Of a stretch of DNA of 34,818 bases, positions 10,673-19,600 are shown one piece after another. The stretch's first letter is position 1. Each line of letters begins with the position of its first letter. This DNA comes from Klebsormidium nitens (lineage: Eukaryota > Plantae > Klebsormidiophyceae): contig DF237716.1 in the NCBI GenBank assembly GCA_000708835.1, positions 1 to 34,818 on the forward strand. Reading direction: 5' to 3'. The translations under genes and the position numbers were made by a program. The notes under the pieces were generated by a model, which worked only from the letters and a program-made list of their open reading frames with translations, had not been told where the DNA came from and ran no database searches.

Positions 10673-13600
10673 GTGCGCACATGTTTATTCTCCCTCTCGA
10701 AAACCTGGGTTGCACACTGTTGAGTTCCCCCTCTTGAAGATGTAGAGAGAGCTGGTCCTAACCACTGTGCGTTGAGGCGGACTGTATGTGCAGAGATCTG
10801 CTATCCTGCCCCAGAATTCACTAGACTGCTTTCTTTGCGCTGGTGCGCTTGTTTTCATTTGAGAATTGATACTTCTTCTCTTATGCTTTGGTCGTGGGGC
10901 TGTAGCCGGCTGTGAGCGTTGACTGGGAAAGTTTGTGGGTGTCCAACTTAGCACAGTGGTTGGACCCTGGCAAAGTTCAGAATGTACACATGCAACTCTA
11001 TGTATCCACTCACTTGTGAAGGGAGTCGGTTCCGAGATGACGGTGCCGTTGGGGATCGTGACAATTTGTTACATGTCTGTTACATACTTGTTACACTATG
11101 CACATATTTCTTTACACGAGACCTTGCCTGATCGATTGTTGCGGTGCCTTCCGTCGAGCGAGGCAGTTCTAGTTTGTTCTTTAAGTGTGGACTTAAATAG
11201 GAGGAGGGCATGCTGGTAGAAAGCAGCAAACTTATGCAGAAAAGGAAACGCTTCTTCTTCGGGAGCCGGTCTGCTGTTTAAACTAAAGCAATGGAAACAC
11301 CGTGATCATCGTGTTCCATTGAATCATCGTGTTTCCATTGTGATATGGGTACATCAGTGACTCTGCCTTTTTGCCCCTGGTACGAGGAAAGCTTCCTGCA
11401 GAGATAAGCGCTTTCACAAGAGGGTCGGTTGACCAGACTTGGAAAGACCAATCCCTTCAATCGAAATCGTTCATCTTGTCTTTGGTTTGATCGTTCATTT
11501 CGTGCCACTTTCAAGTGCTCCTGGTTGCTCGCTCCTCCTTTGCAGTGTGAAGCGGGCATGCTGGGGGGGTCAGCGAGTTCTGACTATCTTATCATCGTTC
11601 TTACTTTCAAAACCTTATAGCCAGTCGTTTTGGTTATTTGATACTACGAGGACATGCTGGGAGGAGTCAGCGCGTTTTGACCATTCACTTTTGTTGACAC
11701 TTTCGATTTATTATTTTTGTGCGCTTTTCTTTACAGTACGAAGAAGGCATGTTGGGAGGAATCAGCGCATACACACGGGGTGTCGGCCGGCTAGACTTGG
11801 GGGCAGACACACTATCATACCTGAAGAAGATTCTGACGTCACGAGTGTATGACGTGGCAATCGAGTCTCCCCTGGAGCGCGCAAACAAGATCAGCGACCG
11901 GATGGGAGCGGACATCTTCCTCAAGCGGGAGGATCTGCAAAAGGTGCGCACGCCCCTCTAGCTGTCTCGTTTTTCTTTTCCTACTTGTCTGCAGCCTTTG
12001 TTTGCCCGGCTTTCTTTCACGATGCTTTTCTGACCTGTGGCAACTGGATACTCTACTGCAGCAAAAGGGCCAACTGGAGAGGCAACCTGTATTCTGTTGG
12101 CTTGTTGTATTTTGAGTGTCGGTAGATGGAGAACAACTGGTTGCTTGCTCTTGATCCAGTGGTCTTTTTCTTCGTTGATAGACTGCCTTTACCGTGATCA
12201 AGCTAGACACTAGTGTGCTTGTCTGAGTGTCTCTCCCATCTCGTCGGGTGTTGCTGTCTCGTCAAAATAATCGTCATTGCTTCACTTCGGAACAGTTTGG
12301 GTTTGTCGAGTCTGGCCGTCAAACCAAGCCCCAGCTTCCCAATCGTGTTGCTTGAGAACGCTTTGACCCAGTGTGGTGTTTGGCAGTTGAGTCGTACCGT
12401 GCAGAGAACCAAACCCCTCTATTTGTCACTTTCACTGGCATCTGATTCCAGAATCTTACAAAGTTCGAAGTGAACCCTTCGAGGGGATCTCAAGTTGCTC
12501 GTTTGCAACATGATGGCCCAATCAAAACGGTCTTGGAAGGGTATCGTCTGCTCATCCCGCAAGTATAGCGATCCTTTCAAGCTTCTTTATGGTCATGCTG
12601 CCTTCCGTTTATTAACCCGCTTCTAACATACTTCTTGACCAGGTTTTCTCCTTCAAGCTACGTGGCGCCTACAAGATGATGGCGCAGCTGCCGCAAGACG
12701 CCCTTGAAGGAGGGGCATCTGCCTTGACTGCTAAATTTTCAGATTCTCTAAAGTCTACGTTTTTCTTACGATGGTTTCTTAACTCATTTCAAACCTACTT
12801 CTTGACCAGGTTTTCTCCTTCAAGTTGCGCGGCGCCTACAACATGATGGCGCAGCTGCCGCAAGATGCGCTCGATCGGGGAGTCATCTGCTCTTCTGCCG
12901 GGAACCACGCCCAGGGAGTCGCGCTTGCGGCGGCGCAGCTTGGTTGCAGTGCAATCATTTGCATGCCGGTTACGACACCTGCGATCAAGGTGGGTGGTTT
13001 TGAATCGAGCTTCTGGCTTTGGGGTTCATGGCTGAGGGTATCTAAGGATCATATTGCTTCTCGATCTTAGGTTCTATGGCGTTTGACTTGGGGGTTTTTG
13101 AGTTGCATTCGAGCTTGAAGTTCAGAGGTTAGAAAGACATCGCTCTGCCAGGTACAATGGCCAAAGGATGGTACTCACCGCAGCAGCTCAGATGCAGCGA
13201 AAGTTTTTGGATATCGCTAACCACACCCGCAACTAAGATACGCAATACTGGTGCCTCAGATTTCCAAGCTTTTAGATTAGTCTGTATAGACCGAGAGGTG
13301 GCTTTGACCAAGCAGAGGGTGCTGTGCTAGGAGTAATAACATCAGATTGAGAAACGTTTCTGCATTGAGAAAGCGAAGCTCAAGTCCTTTCGGAATCATT
13401 TTAGGAACTTTTTGGCAGAGGTTCCGGCGAGCTGCGCTCGCTTCTGGATACGTGACGCGACCACTCTTGATTAATTGTCTTTCATAATCGAGTCGCGCAA
13501 GTTCTGGACAGCGAATAAGTAGGGGACCTTATCTAGCAATAGGAGGACTCGGTATTGCGCGTTCCGCAAGCACGTAGCTCTTCTTCGCTCATCCTACAAG

Positions 13601-16600
13601 ACGCAGGCATGTGCTAAGCAGACGACGCTTGACGGGCCGAGAGGAGGGGTCACACGCAAGCCTGGTTTTGCGCTTTGAAGAAAACAGTTTCTGAGAATCA
13701 CTTGTGTCATTGCAATGGAACTCTGCGGAAGCGTCTCGGAGCAACCGTGGTTCTGGTGGGCGAAGCGTACGACGAGACGCAGGCACATGCCAAGCAGAGG
13801 GCTCTCGAGGAGGGCTCTCAAATGAGGTCAAACGCAAGCTCGTTGTTCGAGATTTTCAGCAACGCTTCGCTCACGGTTACTTCCTTTCTCTGCAGTGGAA
13901 CTCCGTGAAGCGGCTCGAAGCAACCGTGGTCCTAGTGGGTCTAATTTCCCTGACACACCGCCGAAATTTTTTAAGTCAATACAATCCAGCCTTAAAAGAG
14001 ACCGCAATAACTCGGCGTAAGTACATTCGAACTTACTGCAGTCCACGTTCGTTTTTTGCAGTGGAACTCTGTGAAGCGTCTCGGAGCGACGGTGGTCCTG
14101 GTTGGTGAGGCGTACGATGAGACGCAGGCATTTGCCAAGCAGAGGGCGCTCGAGGAGGGCCGCGTCTTCGTGCCGCCGTTCGACCACCCTGACGTCATTG
14201 CGGGACAGGTGAGGGGCCTGCTGACGTCAGTGTAGCTCCTTGGTTGGCTGCGTGCGCCGTTTTTGAGAGCGCGTTCAACTGGCAGCGCCAAATCTTGGGA
14301 ATCTTCCACCAAACAAATGCCGTTGGAGCAGCTGTCGAACACCGTTGATGACATCATTCCGGGATTCCAAATTCGCGCTAGTTTTGCTGATGTAGCAGCA
14401 CTGCCAATTATAAGTCCTCACCCGCTATTTTCCTGCTAGGTTCGTCATACACTACTCTTGTTTCGTAGACTTCGTAAGTTTTTTGTTTTGACAGCGACCC
14501 CAGTTCAAAGCGCACCCGAGAGCTAGGGCGTTGGAGGTCACACTCTCCCTATGACACTTCTCGTGCTTGAGTCCGAACTCCGAAATGCGAAACGACTTCG
14601 TTGCGGGGGGGGTGGACTTTCCGACAACCCGAGGATGAAGCAGATTGTCTTTCGTTATCTCTTTCTGCACACCAGATCTCTGTTTTCTTGGCAGGGCATT
14701 GCCGGCATGGAGATTCTATGTCAGCATCCAGGGCCTTTTCACGCCATTTGTGTTTGGTCGGGGGAGGGGGTCTAGTCGCCGGCATCGCAGCATATATGCA
14801 CTGCCTGCTTCCGGACTTTTGGGTCATGGCACCGTCGGCATGGATATCTTTGCGGCAGCATTCACTCCGTATTTGTTCCAATCGGGGGAGGGTGCTTATC
14901 TGAAATGCCACTTTCTGAATTGCTCGGTCATCTATAGAGCACGGTCGGCATAGAGATCCTTCGTCAGCACCGGGGGCCTATTCACGCCGTCTTCGTTCCA
15001 GTCGGGGGAGGGGACCTGATAGCCATCATCGCGGCGTATGTGTACTGCCTCCTTCGCCGAAACTCTGGAAGCTGTAAAAAGTTCAATCTTTTTTTTTTTT
15101 GCAGGGCACCGTCGGCATGGAGACTCTTCGTGAGCACCCAGGGCCTATTCGCGCCGTCTCTTTTTCAATCGGTGGAGGGGGCCTAATAACCGGCATCCCG
15201 GCTTATGTGAAATGTCTCCTTCGCCCAAACTTGAAATTTCGAAGCTGTTAACAGCTTAACCTCTTCTTACAGGGCACTGTTGGCATGGCAATCCTGCGCC
15301 AGCACCCGGGACCTATTCACGCCGTCTTCGTTCCAGTCGGGGGAGGGGGCCTGATAGTTGGCATCGCGGCGTATGTGTACTGCCTCCTTCGACGAAATTC
15401 TGGGTCATGAAGCTGTAAAGAGTTCAATCTTTTTTTTGCAGGGCACTGCCGGCATGGAGACTCTTCGTGAGCACCCAGGGCCTATTCACGCCGTCTCCTT
15501 TGTAATTGGTGGAGGGGGCCTGATAACCGGCATCATGGCTTATGTAAATGCCTCCTTCGCCCAAACTTGAAATTCGAAGCTGTTAACAGCTTAATCTCTT
15601 CTTACAGGGCACTTTTGGCATGGAATCCTGCGCCAGCATCCGGGGCCTATTCACGCCGTCTTCTTTTCAGTTGGTAGGGGGGCTGATAGCTGGCATCGGT
15701 TCGGCTTAAAGATTCTGACCTACTTCAAAGGTCGTTGATTCGTCAAGAACTCATTTACCATTCCTTTTCAGGGGACTGTCGGCATGGAAATTTTACGCCA
15801 GCACCCAGGGCCTATTCACGCCGTCTTCGTTCCAGTCGGGGGAGGGGGCCTGATAGCCGGCATCGCGGCTTATGTGAAATGCCTCCGGCCAGAGGTCAAA
15901 ATAATCGGAGTGGAACCAGCGGATGCAAACGCGATGGCGCTGTCGCTGCACGAGGGGCAACGCATCTGCTTGGACAAGGTAAGTTCTGCGGCTTCCATGA
16001 GGCACTTTGTATATCAGTCCTTGCCTTTGTCCCGCCTTTCTCGTGGATTGTGTCGACTCGATTGAGGACGGGCTCTGGCTCGCAGAGGACAGCGCAGTAG
16101 CTTGGACAAGGTGAGTAGTATGGCCCCAAGAGGCCTTTCTGAATCACCGTCTGTCCCGCCGAAATTGTAATTTACTGTTAGTTTAATCTCGTCTGGGGGA
16201 TACCAACGCAGGACATCGGAGTTGCTTGGACAAGGTACTTTCTGCGGCTTCTTAACTGGCGTTTCTTTCTGACTACCTTACTCTGTCTTGCCGTTGGGTT
16301 GGCCTAATCACGGCTGCGCTAACACGTGTCCAAGCGCATCTGCTTGGACAAGGTAGTTTGCGTCGCTTCGAAAGAGGTCTTTCGTTCTGCCTCCTTGCAC
16401 TTCGTCTCGCCGTTGGGTTGATTCCGTTGAAGGCTGGGCTACTGGAGCGGATAGCGCATCTACTGGACAAGGTAATCGGCGTGTTTCGAAAGAGGCGTTC
16501 TGTTCTTAACCCTTCACTTTGCCCTTATAGTGGATAGCGACTTCCTCTGCTTTATTAACGCATTTCTTAATCGCAGTATCTGCCGGAGACTCAGCGCTAC

Positions 16601-19600
16601 AGACATGCTGCTCTCACCCGAAGCGCCGGCGAAGCATTGGACGTAGTTTCAAGAAAATATTTTTGGCATGTGCGCGGTTTTGCTGATGGCGTGGTCCCCA
16701 AATTGGTCGGCGACGAGATTTTACGCATCTGCCGGGAACTTATCGAAAAAGATGTGTTCTATTCAGAGTCTTTGGGGGAGTCAATGGTAAATCCCTCCTT
16801 ATTGATTTTCTTCTCAGGTGGGCGCTTTTTCCGACCGTTAAAAATGGTCGGCGACGAGACCTTCCGCATCTGCGGGAACTCTTCGACCGTGTCATTTTAC
16901 ATCGACTGCAATCAGGATGATAGAAAGACTCATGCGAACCTCTTTTTCGCAGGTCGGTTGTTCCGCAGACGGAGTCGCAGTCAAAATGGTAGGTAACAAG
17001 ACGGTCTGCATCTGCCGGGAACTCATTAACGGCGGCATTTTGATCTCCAGTGCAACTCAGCGATGATAAGAAGACTCATGCGAACCTCTTTTTCGCAGGT
17101 CGGCGGTTTCGCAGACGGAGTCGCAGTCAAAATGGTCGGCGATGAGACGTTCCGCATCTGCCGGGAGCTCATCCACAAACCGCTTTTTTTCTCGAAATCC
17201 CTGGGGTTTCCTTAATGATTTCTTATTATCTTTCTTTCTTCTCAGGTGGGCGCTTTTGCTGACAGAGTCGCAGTCAAAATGGTCGGCGACAAGACGTTCC
17301 GTCGCCGGGGACTCGTGAATCGTTTCTTTCAAGAAAGTCATGCAAAACCTCACGATAGTCTCCTCTTTGCAGGTGGGCGGTTCCGCAGATGGAGTTGCAG
17401 TCAAGATGGTCCGCTTTTGCCAAAAACTCGTTCGCAGACTTCTTTACCTTCTTAGAACGTTGATTTGAAAGCAGAGGTTTTTTATTTTTCTTTTTCAGGT
17501 GGGCGGATTCGCTGACGGCGTGGCCGTCAAGATGGTCGCCGACCAGGCGTTCCGCGTCTGCCGAGAACCCATCAGCAATTCCTTTTATGGTCTCTGGAGA
17601 TTCCTTACTTAGTTTCTTTCTTTTCAGGTGGGCGGTTTCGCTGACGGGGTTGCGGTCAAAATGGTCGGGGACGAGACATTCCGCATCTGCCGGGAGCTCA
17701 TCGACGGCGTCGTGCTCGTCTCCAAGGACGCAATTTGCGCCGCGATCAAAGACGTCTTCGAAGAAACGCGGTGCATTCTGGAGCCAGCTGGCGCGCTCGC
17801 ATTGGCTGGCGCGAAAGCCTATGTCAAGTACAACGATTCGCAAAAGGGGGGGTCCAGCAACGGGGCGGCGAGGGGGGGCGCGGGATCGATGGTGGTGATT
17901 ACGAGCGGGGCGAATATGAACTTTGACAGGCTAAGGTGAGCTTTCAAAATAGCCGTTTTTGGATTGCGGGATCTGTAGCCTACGAATCTCCGACAGTCTC
18001 TGCCTTTTCGGTGAGACGCCTCCTTAGTATGAGATGCTGGACCAGTCTCATCTGTGGTCGTCAGGTCTCGCAAGCCTGCATTTCAATTCACTACCAACGT
18101 GACTTCGATAGGGTCCGGCCCAAGTCCCGAGTCATCGGTCTTTCGCAGAATAACGGCCCGGCGAAGTAGCGAAGCAACGCCTTTTGTTCGTGCGCAAGTG
18201 TTGACCCAATCAGTGCTTCCGATCCTCATCAGCAGCTTTGAACTTCAAATTGCTGACGTGGCCCCGTTCTATAAACTTTGGTTGGCTCCATACGAGCCCC
18301 ACTTAATTAACGTGCGAACCTGAGCCGTCAGCTGCGGATATTATGAGGATGAGGAGCAGATAGGGGGTTCGTAGACGCCTCTCTTCAGCATGCCATAATC
18401 ATTCCAACTCCTGAACCAGTTTTCATACGTGTGGATATCTCCTACTCATAACCACAACAAACCTGGAGACAAGGCTCTGCGAAGCACGACTGAATATGGT
18501 AGGGAGAGGTTCGAGGTCAGTTAGTCAGCTTTGAGGGGCCGAGAGCCTGCTGAAACTTTCTCTTCTTTCAGAACAGTCGACATCAGTCAGGCGGTTGGCT
18601 TCAATTCATAACAAGGTTCAAGAAAGGGAGGCCCTTTCTGTCGTTTTCTCGCAGGGTTAAACTTGTCGTCGCGACGAGTATCCCCCAGCGCTCTGGAAAG
18701 GTTCTGGACATTTCTCCTCGATTCTGGCCAAAATCTTACTTCTCCACTTGGTTCTACTTTTATGACAACGAGAGGAGTATAATGCACTGTGATTGCTTCA
18801 TGCAGAGTGGTTGCAGAACTTGCCGAGCTCGGCGAACGGAGAGAAGCGACTCTTGCGACAAGCATCCCCGAGCGCCCCGAAAGTTTGAAGGAGCTTTCTC
18901 TTTGGATTCCTTGTCAACGGTTTACTTGTTCCAACCTCATTCCAGTTTCAAAACGACAAGAGGACTCAAACGCACTGTGGTTGGCCCATGCAGAGTCGTC
19001 GCAGAAGTGGCGGAGGTTGGCGAGAGGAGAGAAGCGGTGCTTGCGACGAGCATTCCTGAGCGCCGCGGAACGTTCAAGGAGCTTCTCTGTTTGATCCTGG
19101 TCAAAAACTCACTACTATGCACTTTGTTCTGGGCTTAAATCGACAAGGGGATTGAGTTGCACTGGTTGCCCCATGCAGAGTCGTCGCAGAACTTGCCGAG
19201 GTCGGCGAAAGGAGAGAAGCCGTTCTCGCGACGAGCATCCCGGAGCGCCCCGGAACGTTCAAGGAGTTTTGCCGGCTGGTGGGGCCAGATATCAACATCT
19301 CGGAGTTCAAGTATCGGCGGGCAGACGACGCGGCAGCGCACGTGTTCTACAGCGTAAACGTGGCAAACGACGAGGAGCTGGCGAATCTGCTCGCGAGGAT
19401 GGCGAATGCGGAGTTTCCGACGATCGATATGAGCAGCAACGACCTGGCGAAGACGCATCTGAGGCACTTGGTGAGGATCTACAGACGCTTTTTCCGACGT
19501 CGGTTTTTCTTTCCGCTTAGTCGGGATCCAAAACTGGCGATACTTTTCTTGATGAGAACGTGGCGTGGAGTGACATGCTGGAGAAACTGCTGGCGAGAAC

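Noticed and set aside
14680-17627. CRISPR-like repeat-spacer appearance of the arrays
   Set aside because: Eukaryotic intron context, units are fragments of the adjacent exon, no invariant repeat and no cas genes.
18115-18145. RPKSRVIG resembling exon-5 RPEVKIIG
   Set aside because: Nucleotide similarity is poor and the position does not fit the echo pattern; likely coincidence.
14680-19178. Dscam-style mutually exclusive exon clusters
   Set aside because: Copies cover only one end of the exon; acceptor copies lack a phase-matched donor and those I translated run into stops or frameshifts.
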